A stretch of 64,000 nucleotides of DNA from positions 76,012,001 through 76,076,000 of the forward strand of contig OZ024747.1 in the NCBI GenBank assembly GCA_964016885.1. Reading direction: 5' to 3'. Positions 1-12,235 of this stretch are shown one piece after another. The stretch is from Eledone cirrhosa. Taxonomy: Eukaryota. A model generated the notes under the pieces. That model did no database searches, was not told where the DNA came from, and worked only from the letters and a program-made list of their open reading frames with translations. Within the stretch, counting starts at the first letter, position 1; each line of letters begins with the position of its first letter. A program made the position numbers and the translations under genes.

Positions 1-149
1 GAATCTACGCTGAAAAAACATATTTTTCGTCCTTCCAATTAAAAATGATAAGAATAAAGAGAGCTTGAATGAAATGCTTCCTTCCCCAGAAATGGTAAAT
101 ATCTATTTAGATATAACTGAAGTGTAAAACAAGAGAACCGGACATACAA

Positions 150-3100
150 TAGATAGATATGTTTCTTTTATTTGCCACTAGGGCATCAAAAGTGGGACAA
201 GTACAAAGGGGGGAGTTTACACAAAAAGGCGTCCTCAATAAGGAGGAGGCAATAACAAAATATAAAAATAAAATAAGATATAACAAAAAATAAAATTTTT
301 AACAAAATCCTCAATAGAGAGGAGGCGCCTTGGGGGGTCGCACACACCCCCGAAAAAAGTGTGCAACCCTTCTCCTCAGGAGCACAGAGAAGGGGTGCTC
401 CCTTGGTCTTTCATCTTCCTCACCTATAGTCTGATGTAGAGTGAAGGCCCATTCACACGGGCCATTCTCGCCACTTTCACCCATCTTTCATAGAAACGGC
501 TGGGGTGCAGCACCTCTCTCTCCATCCTGATCCTTCTTCCGAAATGATATCGGAAGAAACGGACCAGTTGTTGGCCAGAGAGAAAGGTGCCTGACCTCAG
601 TCCTTTCAGACGCGTCCACCATACAACCTCTTTCGCCATGGCTATTACGCACAGAAACACCGCCTCTGCTTCATCTTTGAAGGGGGGAGGCGGCTTGATC
701 ATTACAATAGACTCGGTGGTCAACCGGATCGGTCCCACCCTTGACAGCAGTTGTTCGACATAGCCCCACAGATCGGCTACGCCCGAGCAGTGTACCAATG
801 CGTGTGCAACGGTTTCCTCGTCGCACACGCATCTGGGACAGATCTTTTTGGCGGGGTCCCTACCCGGGCGCCCGTGTCTGTAGAGCCTTTCTCGAACGGG
901 TAAAGCCCCTCGGTAGCACTGCCAGGCCAGGGACTTCTGGAAGTTGTCCATAGGTCCCGGGCTGAATGTCCTACCGAACAGGCTGGCCAGTTCGTCCTCC
1001 TCCATGTCTAGGGCTTCTCCGAGGGCGTCGTCGCACCTGCTGCGTACCAGCCCTCTATAGAATGTTGCGGTGGAGTCTCCACTGATAACCGGATCCGCCT
1101 GCCAGAGGGCGGTGAGCGCCTGGGCACACTCAGTGTGCCAGGCGCCCAGCTTTCTCGGTCTTTGCTTGACCCAGAATTGCAGCTCGGTGAGTGAGACGAG
1201 TCTGGGAAAGGTTCGTCTCACAAACGAGGCCCACACCGGTTGTCCGGTGAGGAATACGTAGAGGTGCCGTAGCCTTAATGCGTGTTTACGCATCATTAGC
1301 CACGGCATCCCCAGCCCTACTTTCGAAGGGTGTTGACAGAAGATGGATCTCCTCACCATAGGAGCCCGCCTCTTCCAAAGGAATTGGAAGAGCGCGCGCT
1401 CCATCTTGGTGAGGGTTTCCCTTGGGCAGGGCACTACGGTCAGGCGGTAGTAGATGACGGACGCTATGTAGGTGTTCGCCACCTCCGCCCGACCTTTCAG
1501 GGATAGTTTGCAACTGGCCCACTTCTGGGTCAGTGCAAACACCCTGTTCGTAACCTCCGCCCAGTTTTTCTCCACCTGGAGGTCCGGTCCGAACCAGACC
1601 CCGAGCAACTTCACCGGGCCCTCCGTCCAGCGTCCGACGACGCCTTCGGAGGGCATCGGTCTGCCCCTCCACGTGCCGAGTTGCAAACCGATCGACTTGT
1701 CCCGGTTCAGCTTAGCCCCTGTGAACTTTTCGTACTCCTCCAGTAAGGTGCCGACCGCCTCGATTTCAGAGGCCGTCGACACCATTACTGTCACGTCATC
1801 GGCGTAGGCCGACACCGCTTTCCGCAATCCCGGTTCCAAAGGGATGCCCTGCAACAACTCCAACTTCCGCAGTAGTGGCTCGAGAGTCAACACATACAGA
1901 AGGGAGGAGAGAGGGCACCCTTGTCGGATGGACCGCGCGATTTTGAACGGCTCCGAGAGGTAGCCGTTCACCTTGACCCTAGAGCAGATGCGGCTGCTGT
2001 GCATAGCAGTGATCCAGCCCCTGAAAACGGGTCCGAAGCCTGCCGCCGCTAGCACCGCATCCAGGTAACCATGGTCGACCCTATCGAACGCCTTAGATTG
2101 ATCCAAGTTGATCAGAGCCCCACCAAAGCCGGGTTCGTTCCCAACCCTCTCTATGATGTATCGCATGAGGTGGAGGTTGTCATGGATGGACCTGGACGGG
2201 ATAGCGCATGTCTGCGCATCTCCCACCAGGTTGCCCACGACAAGCGCCAACCTCTTTGCTAGCACCTTGGCCAAAATCTGTAACTCTGTATTTAGCAGTG
2301 TTATGGGCCTGAAGTTACTTATTTCGTCCCCCTTGTTCTCGTCCTTCCTCACTAGCGTGACTACGCCCTTGGTCACAGTACAGGGAATTCTCCCGTTCTG
2401 TTGCCAGTTGCAGTAGACCGCCTCGAGGAGATCGGGGAACAAGTCCGGCATAGCTAGATATAATTCGTAAGGAAGACCATCGAGACCCGGGGATTTGCGT
2501 TTGCCGCATTGGCTCAGCACGTCCTCTATCTCAGTGGCCGAAATCGGCTCCTCGCAGGACTTCGCCTCCCTGTCCGAGAGGCGCGGCAGGCCGTCGAGGT
2601 ATGGACCGAAGTCCACGTTCCCAACCGGCTCCCCGCCCCTCCCGAACAGTCGGGCAAAGTGCCTTTGAAAGGCCTCACACATCTGCTTAGGCTCAAGAAT
2701 CGCCCGTCCATCCAGGTCTCGCAAAGACCGGATGGTGGATTTAGTTCCACTGTTGGCCTCTGTCACGCGGGCCCAGCTAACAGCTTTGGTCCCCTCGTTC
2801 CCTAGAGCACGTATTTTACTTCGGACAACGCAGCCTTCGTGCTTCGCGTCGAAAAACTGGCTCAAAGCCGTTCTCGACGCTAGCACTCTGGCCACGTCGC
2901 CGCTTCTAATTGCCTCTTCTACTCTATCTATTAGCTCCCTTTCCTTCCTATTCCTATCCGCAGCTAGAACCTTACTAAATTCTATCGAGACTACTCTAAT
3001 CTCTCTCTTTAGAGATACCCACCACCTGCTGTTGACGATCGCTCCAGTCAACCGTTCCTTAACTAACGTACTAATCCGATTCCTGTAGGCTCTACTTGCC

Positions 3101-4312
3101 GGCAAGGACAAGTTGAGCTTCCAGTAACCGGGGCCCTGTCTATGAGTTCTGTCAAGGTTGACCATGCAGGTCACTAACTTGTGGTCTGAATAGCCAACCA
3201 TGCGCATTTTTGGACAACTTAAAAAGTCCTTATCCTTAATTCTAACTAAGAACCTATCTAGGTACGACCTAGATGATCCGCTACGATTTGCCCAAGTCCA
3301 GGTTGGCGCAGTCGGAAAATCTAGTCGATATCTATCGGCCAGGTCAAATCGACCGATTAACCCTTTGAGGCTATTACACCCCTCTCTATCGGGGCAGGCC
3401 CCTACGTAGTCCCAGCGTGCATCTAGGATACCATTCCAGTCCCCCACTAATAGCAAGGAGCGGGACGTCCCTAGAAAAGTCTCCAGACGATGGAAGAAGT
3501 CCGGCCGCATTGACCCGAAAGGGCCGTAGGCGGCTACCAACCTAAACGCTCCGCCTTTACCACTGCCAAGGTCCAGAACCACTAGTCGACCCTCCGGGTC
3601 CAAATGTACCATCTGTGTTGCGAGACCCAGATGTTTTTGCAGCAGAACGACAACTCCACCCCCACCACCGGGCTGACAGAGAGATGCGTGCATCTCAAAG
3701 TCATCAAAGGTGGGAGCCAGCTGTCGCACGTTGCTGATCCGGGCCTCGCAAATAACCATCACATCTATACGTTGTGACCTGAGGTCATTTAGAAGCATTG
3801 CTTGCTTCCAAGTTGAGCCCAGGCCACGCGCATTTGTCACCGTTATTGGTCTTGTTGTTGTTGTTATTGTTATTGGTGTTGTTTTCGTCCGTCGCATTGT
3901 TGTTGTTGTTGCTGTTGCTGCTGGTTCTTTGGGTTGTTGCCATGGCAACGTCAAGTTGTCGGTTAACAGGTGGAGAGAATTCTTCCTCTGGCTGACCTTT
4001 CTTCTTGACCTCTGCTACTGTGACAGTGGCAGGGGGAAGCTGTAAGTTCATCTTCCCCTTTCCTCCTTCGAATTTTGGTGAAGAAGCTTCGGCCATTTAA
4101 AAAAATATTGACTTTTCAACAAGAAAAAACTTTTTTTTTTGTTTAACTATTTCGCCTAAAGGCGTAGAATATTTTGAGAGACTGACCAGATCAAAGTTTG
4201 ACCTGGCAGTCCCTCTACAAAATGGTACAAAAATTAAAGTTATCAGACAATAATTTCTATAGAAATTTAAACAGAACTTACTCAGCAAGTTATACGCGTG
4301 TGTCCATCCCAG
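150..4312 (-). mobile_element. Tx1/L1-clade non-LTR retrotransposon, copy 1 (most of ORF1 deleted)
   Basis: APE+RT ORF; 3' end AATAAAAGAAACAT then ATCT repeats; 5' UTR homologous to copy 3; abuts (GATA)n at 4313-4347. Confidence 0.93.
424..3954 (-). CDS. Tx1-like ORF2: APE endonuclease, reverse transcriptase, C-terminal Cys-rich region; uninterrupted frame
   Basis: NARGL, ICEAR, VGDWN, SYLDRFL, SDH (APE); KSPGLDGL, FRPITLLN, LDQSKAFDRVDH, RQGCPLS, YADD (RT); CPRC..ETVAHALVHC. Track start is TTG; first in-frame ATG at 3897. Confidence 0.92.
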   Translation of the reverse strand: MTLPWQQPKEPAATATTTTMRRTKTTPITITTTTRPITVTNARGLGSTWKQAMLLNDLRSQRIDVMVICEARISNVRQLAPTFDDFEMHASLCQPGGGGGVVVLLQKHLGLATQMVHLDPEGRLVVLDLGSGKGGAFRLVAAYGPFGSMRPDFFHRLETFLGTSRSLLLVGDWNGILDARWDYVGACPDREGCNSLKGLIGRFDLADRYRLDFPTAPTWTWANRSGSSRSYLDRFLVRIKDKDFLSCPKMRMVGYSDHKLVTCMVNLDRTHRQGPGYWKLNLSLPASRAYRNRISTLVKERLTGAIVNSRWWVSLKREIRVVSIEFSKVLAADRNRKERELIDRVEEAIRSGDVARVLASRTALSQFFDAKHEGCVVRSKIRALGNEGTKAVSWARVTEANSGTKSTIRSLRDLDGRAILEPKQMCEAFQRHFARLFGRGGEPVGNVDFGPYLDGLPRLSDREAKSCEEPISATEIEDVLSQCGKRKSPGLDGLPYELYLAMPDLFPDLLEAVYCNWQQNGRIPCTVTKGVVTLVRKDENKGDEISNFRPITLLNTELQILAKVLAKRLALVVGNLVGDAQTCAIPSRSIHDNLHLMRYIIERVGNEPGFGGALINLDQSKAFDRVDHGYLDAVLAAAGFGPVFRGWITAMHSSRICSRVKVNGYLSEPFKIARSIRQGCPLSSLLYVLTLEPLLRKLELLQGIPLEPGLRKAVSAYADDVTVMVSTASEIEAVGTLLEEYEKFTGAKLNRDKSIGLQLGTWRGRPMPSEGVVGRWTEGPVKLLGVWFGPDLQVEKNWAEVTNRVFALTQKWASCKLSLKGRAEVANTYIASVIYYRLTVVPCPRETLTKMERALFQFLWKRRAPMVRRSIFCQHPSKVGLGMPWLMMRKHALRLRHLYVFLTGQPVWASFVRRTFPRLVSLTELQFWVKQRPRKLGAWHTECAQALTALWQADPVISGDSTATFYRGLVRSRCDDALGEALDMEEDELASLFGRTFSPGPMDNFQKSLAWQCYRGALPVRERLYRHGRPGRDPAKKICPRCVCDEETVAHALVHCSGVADLWGYVEQLLSRVGPIRLTTESIVMIKPPPPFKDEAEAVFLCVIAMAKEVVWWTRLKGLRSGTFLSGQQLVRFFRYHFGRRIRMEREVLHPSRFYERWVKVARMARVNGPSLYIRL

Positions 4313-4347
4313 AGATAGATGATAGATAGATAGATAGATAGATAGAT

Positions 4348-7300
4348 ATGTTTCTTTTATTTGCCACCAGGGCATCAAAAGTGGGACAAGTACAATGGGG
4401 GGAGTTTACAAAACAAGGCGTCCTCAATAAGGAGGAGGCAATAACAAAATATAAAAATAAAATAAAATATAACAGAATAAAATTTATAACAAAATCCTCA
4501 ATAGAGAGGAGGCGCCTTGGGGGGTCGCACACACCCCCGAAAAAAGTGTGCAATCCTTTTCCTCAGGAGCACAGAGAAGGGGTGCTCCCTTGGTCTTTCA
4601 TCTTCCTCACCTATAGTCTGATGTAGAGTGAAGGCCCATTCACACGGGCCATTCTCGCCACTTTCACCCATCTTTCTTAAAAACGGCTGGGGTGCAGCAC
4701 CTCTCTCTCCATCCTGATCCTTCTTCCGAAATGATATCGGAAGAAACGGACCAGTTGTTGGCCAGAGAGAAAGGTGTCTGACCTCAGTCCTTTCAGACGC
4801 GTCCACCATACAACCTCTTTCGCCATGGCTATTACGCACAGAAACACCGCCTCTTCTTCGTTTTTGAAGAGGGGAGGCGGCTTGATCGTTACAATAGACT
4901 CGGTGGTCAACCGGATCGGTCCCACCCTTGACAGCAGTTGTTCGACATAGCCCCACAGATCGGCAATGCCCGAGCAGTGTACCAATGCGTGTGCAACGGT
5001 TTCCTCGTCGCACACGCATCTGGGACAGATCTTTTTCGAGGGGTCCCTACCCGGGCGCCCGTGTCTGTAGAGCCTTTCTCGAACGGGCAGAGCCCTTCTG
5101 TAGCATTGCCAGGCCAGGGACCTCTGGAAGTTATCCATGGGTCCCGGGCTGAATGTCCTACCGAACAGGTTGGCCAGTTCGTCTTCCTCCATGCCTAGGG
5201 CTTCTCCGAGGTCGTCGTCGCACCTGCTAACCACCAGCCCTCTATAGAATGACGAGGTGGATTCTCCACTGACAGCCGGGTCCGCCTGCCAGAGAACCGT
5301 GAGCGCCTGGGCACACTCGGTGTGCCAGGCGCCCAGTTTTCTCGGTCTTTGCTTGACCCAGGATTGCAGCTCGGTGAGTTAGACGAGTCTGGGAAAGGCT
5401 CGCCTCACAAACGGGGCCCACACCGGTTGACTGGAGAGGAATACCTGAAGGTGCCGTAGCCTTAATGCGTGTTTACGTATCATTAGCCACGGCATCCCCA
5501 GCCCTCCTTTCGAAGAGTGTTGACAGCAGATGGATCTCCTCACCATCGGAGCCCGCTTCTTCCAAAGGAATGGGAAGAGTGCGCGCTCCATTTTGGCGAG
5601 CGTTTCCCTTGGGCAAGGCACAACGGTCAGGCGGTAGTAGATGACGGACGCTATATAAGTGTTCGCCACCTCCGCCCGACCTTTCAGGGACAGTTTGCAC
5701 TCGGCCCACTTCTGGGTCAGTGCAAACATCCTGTTCGTTACCTCACCAGTTCTTCTCCACCTGGAGGTCTGGTCCGAACCAGACCCCGAGCAACTTCACC
5801 GGGCCCTCCGTCCAGCGCCCGACGACGCTATCGGAGGGCATCGATCTGCCCCTCCACGTGCGGAGTTGCAGACCGATCGACTTGTCCCGGTTTAGCTTAG
5901 CCCCTGTAAACCTTTCGTACTCCTCCAGTAAGGTGCCGATCGCCCCGATTTCCGAGGCCGTCGACGCCATTACTGTTACGTCATCGGCGTAGGCTGACAC
6001 CGCTTTCCGCAATCCCGGTTCCAACGGGATGCCCTGCAACAACTCCAACTTCCGCAGCAGTGGCTCTAGAGTCATTACATACAGAAGGGAGGAGAGAGGG
6101 CACCCCTGTCGGATGGACCGCGTGATTTCGAACGGCTCCAAGAGGTAGCCGTTCACCTTGACCTTCGAGCAGATGCGGCTGCTGTGCATGGCATTGATCC
6201 AGCCCCTGAAAACGGGTCCGAAGCCTGCCACCGCTAGCACCGCATCCAGGTAACCATGGTCGACCCTATCGAATGCCTTAGATTGATCCAAGTTGATCAG
6301 GGCCCCACCAAAGCCGGGTTCGTTCCCAACCCTCTCTATGATGTATCGCATGAGGTAGAGGTTGTCGTGGATGGACCTGGATGGGATAGCACATGTCTGC
6401 GCATCTCCCACCAGGTTACCCACGACAAGCGCCAACCTCTTTGCTAGCACCTTGGCCAAAATCTGTATCTCTGTATTTAGCAGAGTTATGGGCCTGAGAT
6501 TATTTATATCGTCCCCCTTGTTCTCGTCCTTCCTCACTAGCGTGACTACGCCCTTGGTCACAGCACAGGGAATTCTCCCGTTCTGTTGCCAGTTGCAGTA
6601 GACCGCCTCGAGGAGATCGGGGAACAAGTCCGGCATAGCTAGATATAATTCGTAAGGAAGACCATCGAGACCCGGGGATTTGCGTTTGCCGCATTGGCTC
6701 AGCACGTCCTCTATCTCAGTGGCCGAAATCGGCTCCTCGCAGGACTTCGCCTCCCTGTCCGAGAGGCGCGGCAGGCCGTCGAGGTATGGACCGAAGTCCA
6801 CGTTCCCAACCGGCTCCCCGCCCCTCCCGAACAGTCGGGCAAAGTGCCTTTGAAAGGCCTCACACATCTGCTTAGGCTCAAGAATCGCCCGTCCATCCAG
6901 GTCTCGCAAAGACCGGATGGTGGATTTAGTTCCACTGTTGGCCTCTGTCACGCGGGCCCAGCTAACAGCTTTGGTCCCCTCGTTCCCTAGAGCACGTATT
7001 TTACTTCGGACAACGCAGCCTTCGTGCTTCGCGTCGAAAAACTGGCTCAAAGCCGTTCTCGACGCTAGCACTCTGGCCACGTCGCCGCTTCTAATTGCCT
7101 CTTCTACTCTATCTATTAGCTCCCTTTCCTTCCTATTCCTATCCGCAGCTAGAACCTTACTAAATTCTATCGAGACTACTCTAATCTCTCTCTTTAGAGA
7201 TACCCACCACCTGCTGTTGACGATCGCTCCAGTCAACCGTTCCTTAACTAACGTACTAATCCGATTCCTGTAGGCTCTACTTGCCGGCAAGGACAAGTTG

Positions 7301-8497
7301 AGCTTCCAGTAACCGGGGCCCTGTCTATGAGTTCTGTCAAGGTTGACCATGCAGGTCACTAACTTGTGGTCTGAATAGCCAACCATGCGCATTTTTGGAC
7401 AACTTAAAAAGTCCTTATCCTTAATTCTAACTAAGAACCTATCTAGGTACGACCTAGATGATCCGCTACGATTTGCCCAAGTCCAGGTTGGCGCAGTCGG
7501 AAAATCTAGTCGATATCTATCGGCCAGGTCAAATCGACCGATTAACCCTTTGAGGCTATTACACCCCTCTCTATCGGGGCAGGCCCCTACGTAGTCCCAG
7601 CGTGCATCTAGGATACCATTCCAGTCCCCCACTAATAGCAAGGAGCGGGACGTCCCTAGAAAAGTCTCCAGACGATGGAAGAAGTCCGGCCGCATTGACC
7701 CGAAAGGGCCGTAGGCGGCTACCAACCTAAACGCTCCGCCTTTACCACTGCCAAGGTCCAGAACCACTAGTCGACCCTCCGGGTCCAAATGTACCATCTG
7801 TGTTGCGAGACCCAGATGTTTTTGCAGCAGAACGACAACTCCACCCCCACCACCGGGCTGACAGAGAGATGCGTGCATCTCAAAGTCATCAAAGGTGGGA
7901 GCCAGCTGTCGCACGTTGCTGATCCGGGCCTCGCAAATAACCATCACATCTATACGTTGTGACCTGAGGTCATTTAGAAGCATTGCTTGCTTCCAAGTTG
8001 AGCCCAGGCCACGCGCATTTGTCACCGTTATTGGTCTTGTTGTTGTTGTTATTGTTATTGGTGTTGTTTTCGTCCGTCGCATTGTTGTTGTTGTTGCTGT
8101 TGCTGCTGGTTCTTTGGGTTGTTGCCATGGCAACGTCAAGTTGTCGGTTAACAGGTGGAGAGAATTCTTCCTCTGGCTGACCTTTCTTCTTGACCTCTGC
8201 TACTGTGACAGTGGCAGGGGGAAGCTGTAAGTTCATCTTCCCCTTTCCTCCTTCGAATTTTGGTGAAGAAGCTTCGGCCATTTAAAAAAATATTGACTTT
8301 TCAACAAGAAAAAACTTTTTTTTTTGTTTAACTATTTCGCCTAAAGGCGTAGAATATTTTGAGAGACTGACCAGATCAAAGTTTGACCTGGCAGTCCCTC
8401 TACAAAATGGTACAAAAATTAAAGTTATCAGACAATAATTTCTATAGAAATTTAAACAGAACTTACTCAGCAAGTTATACGCGTGTGTCCATCCCAG
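4348..8497 (-). mobile_element. Tx1-like copy 2, chimera of copies 1 and 3
   Basis: 4185-bp offset identity: right part matches copy 1, left part matches copy 3. Confidence 0.92.
4609..8139 (-). pseudogene. Tx1 ORF2 with frameshift near 5745 and downstream stops
   Basis: ORF pieces 5743-8139, 5379-5729 and 4677-5234 are colinear with the copy 1 protein. Confidence 0.88.
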
Positions 8498-8793
8498 AGA
8501 TAGATGATAGATAGATAGATAGATAGATAGATATGTTTCTTTTATTTGCCACCAGGGCATCAAAAGTGGGACAAGTACAATGGGGGGAGTTTACAAAACA
8601 AGGCGTCCTCAATAAGGAGGAGGCAATAACAAAATATAAAAATAAAATAAAATATAACAGAATAAAATTTATAACAAAATCCTCAATAGAGAGGAGGCGC
8701 CTTGGGGGGTCGCACACACCCCCGAAAAAAGTGTGCAATCCTTTTCCTCAGGAGCACAGAGAAGGGGTGCTCCCTTGGTCTTTCATCTTCCTC

Positions 8794-11700
8794 ACCTATA
8801 GTCTGATGTAGAGTGAAGGCCCATTCACACGGGCCATTCTCGCCACTTTCACCCATCTTTCTTAAAAACGGCTGGGGTGCAGCACCTCTCTCTCCATCCT
8901 GATCCTTCTTCCGAAATGATATCGGAAGAAACGGACCAGTTGTTGGCCAGAGAGAAAGGTGTCTGACCTCAGTCCTTTCAGACGCGTCCACCATACAACC
9001 TCTTTCGCCATGGCTATTACGCACAGAAACACCGCCTCTTCTTCGTTTTTGAAGAGGGGAGGCGGCTTGATCGTTACAATAGACTCGGTGGTCAACCGGA
9101 TCGGTCCCACCCTTGACAGCAGTTGTTCGACATAGCCCCACAGATCGGCAATGCCCGAGCAGTGTACCAATGCGTGTGCAACGGTTTCCTCGTCGCACAC
9201 GCATCTGGGACAGATCTTTTTCGAGGGGTCCCTACCCGGGCGCCCGTGTCTGTAGAGCCTTTCTCGAACGGGCAGAGCCCTTCTGTAGCATTGCCAGGCC
9301 AGGGACCTCTGGAAGTTATCCATGGGTCCCGGGCTGAATGTCCTACCGAACAGGTTGGCCAGTTCGTCTTCCTCCATGCCTAGGGCTTCTCCGAGGTCGT
9401 CGTCGCACCTGCTAACCACCAGCCCTCTATAGAATGACGAGGTGGATTCTCCACTGACAGCCGGGTCCGCCTGCCAGAGAACCGTGAGCGCCTGGGCACA
9501 CTCGGTGTGCCAGGCGCCCAGTTTTCTCGGTCTTTGCTTGACCCAGGATTGCAGCTCGGTGAGTTAGACGAGTCTGGGAAAGGCTCGCCTCACAAACGGG
9601 GCCCACACCGGTTGACTGGAGAGGAATACCTGAAGGTGCCGTAGCCTTAATGCGTGTTTACGTATCATTAGCCACGGCATCCCCAGCCCTCCTTTCGAAG
9701 AGTGTTGACAGCAGATGGATCTCCTCACCATCGGAGCCCGCTTCTTCCAAAGGAATGGGAAGAGTGCGCGCTCCATTTTGGCGAGCGTTTCCCTTGGGCA
9801 AGGCACAACGGTCAGGCGGTAGTAGATGACGGACGCTATATAAGTGTTCGCCACCTCCGCCCGACCTTTCAGGGACAGTTTGCACTCGGCCCACTTCTGG
9901 GTCAGTGCAAACATCCTGTTCGTTACCTCACCAGTTCTTCTCCACCTGGAGGTCTGGTCCGAACCAGACCCCGAGCAACTTCACCGGGCCCTCCGTCCAG
10001 CGCCCGACGACGCTATCGGAGGGCATCGATCTGCCCCTCCACGTGCGGAGTTGCAGACCGATCGACTTGTCCCGGTTTAGCTTAGCCCCTGTAAACCTTT
10101 CGTACTCCTCCAGTAAGGTGCCGATCGCCCCGATTTCCGAGGCCGTCGACGCCATTACTGTTACGTCATCGGCGTAGGCTGACACCGCTTTCCGCAATCC
10201 CGGTTCCAACGGGATGCCCTGCAACAACTCCAACTTCCGCAGCAGTGGCTCTAGAGTCATTACATACAGAAGGGAGGAGAGAGGGCACCCCTGTCGGATG
10301 GACCGCGTGATTTCGAACGGCTCCAAGAGGTAGCCGTTCACCTTGACCTTCGAGCAGATGCGGCTGCTGTGCATGGCATTGATCCAGCCCCTGAAAACGG
10401 GTCCGAAGCCTGCCACCGCTAGCACCGCATCCAGGTAACCATGGTCGACCCTATCGAATGCCTTAGATTGATCCAAGTTGATCAGGGCCCCACCAAAGCC
10501 GGGTTCGTTCCCAACCCTCTCTATGATGTATCGCATGAGGTAGAGGTTGTCGTGGATGGACCTGGATGGGATAGCACATGTCTGCGCATCTCCCACCAGG
10601 TTACCCACGACAAGCGCCAACCTCTTTGCTAGCACCTTGGCCAAAATCTGTATCTCTGTATTTAGCAGAGTTATGGGCCTGAGATTATTTATATCGTCCC
10701 CCTTGTTCTCGTCCTTCCTCACTAGCGTGACTACGCCCTTGGTCACAGCACAGGGAATTCTCCCGTTCTGTTGCCAGTTGCAGTAGACCGCCTCGAGGAG
10801 ATCGGGGAACAAGTCCGGCATAGCTAGATATAGTTCGTATGGAGACCATCGAGACCCGGGGATTTGCGTTTGCCGCATTGGCTCAGCACGTCCTCTATCT
10901 CAGCGGCTGAAATCGGCTCCTCGCAGGACTTCGCCTCCCTGTCCGAGAGACGCGACAGGCCGTCGAGGTATGGACCGAACTCCACATCCCCAACCGGCTC
11001 CCCGCCCCTTCCGAACAATCCGGCAAAGTGCTTTTGAAAAGCCTCGCACATCTGCTTAGGTTCAAGGATCACCCGTCCATCCTGGTCTCGCAAAGACCGG
11101 ATAGTGGATCTGCTCCCTCTTTTGGCTTCTGTCACGCGGGCCCAGCTAACAGCTTTGGTCCCCTCGTTTCCCAGAGCACGTATTTTGCTTTGGACGATGC
11201 AGCCTACGTGTTTCGCGTCGAAGAACTGGCCCAGGGCCGTTCTCGACGCTAGCACTCTGGCCACGTCGCCGCTGCTAATTGCCTCTTCTACACTATCTAC
11301 CAACTCCCTTTCCTTCCTATTTGTATTTGAGGCTAACTCCTTACTAAATTCTATAGATACTACTCTAATCTCTCTTTTGAGAGATCCCCATCACCCGCTG
11401 TTGACGATGGCGCCCGTCAACCGCTCCTTAACTAAATTGCTAATCCGGTCTCTGTAAGCCTTACTTGCCGGTGGGGACAAGTTGAGCTTCCAGTAACCGG
11501 GTCCTTGTCTATGAGTTCTGTCAAGGTTGACCATGCAGGTCACTAACTTGTGGTCTGAATAGCCAACCATGCGCATTTTTGGACAACTTAAAAAGTCCTT
11601 ATCCTTAATTCTAACTAAGAACCTATCTAGGTACGACCTAGATGATCCGCTACGATTTGCCCAAGACCAGGTTGGCGCAGTCGGAAAATCTAGTCGATAT

Positions 11701-12211
11701 CTATCGGCCAGGTCAAATCGAGTGATTAACCCTTTGAGGCTATTACACCCCTGTCTATCGGGACAGGCCCCTACGTAGTCCCAGCGTGCATCTAGGATAC
11801 CATTCCAGTCCCCCACTAATAGCAAGGAGCGGGACGTCCCTAGAAAAGTCTCCAGACGATGGAAGAAGTCCGGCCGCATTGACCCGAAAGGGCCGTAGGC
11901 GTCTACCAACCTAAACGCTCCGCCTTTACCACTAGTCGACCCTCCGGGTCCAAATGTACCATCTGTGTTGCGAGACCCAGATGTTTTTGCTGCAGAACGA
12001 CAACCCCACCCCCACCCCCGGGCTGACAGAGAGATGCGTGCATCTCAAAGTAATCAAAGGTGGGGGCCAGCTGTCGCACGTTGCTGATCCGGGCCTCGCA
12101 AATAACCATCACATCTATACGTTGTGACCTGAGGTCATTTAGAAGCATTGCTTGCTTCCAAGTTGAGCCCAGGCCACGCGCATTTAAACAGCCTACTCTT
12201 AGCATGGCCAT
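8794..12211 (-). pseudogene. Tx1 ORF2, multiple frameshifts
   Basis: Begins MAMLRVGCLNARGL; fragments 11903-12235, 11391-11909, 10824-11303, 9928-10878, 9564-9914, 8862-9419. Confidence 0.88.
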
Positions 12212-12235
12212 GTTGGTGGTGAAGAGAAAAGGCAC

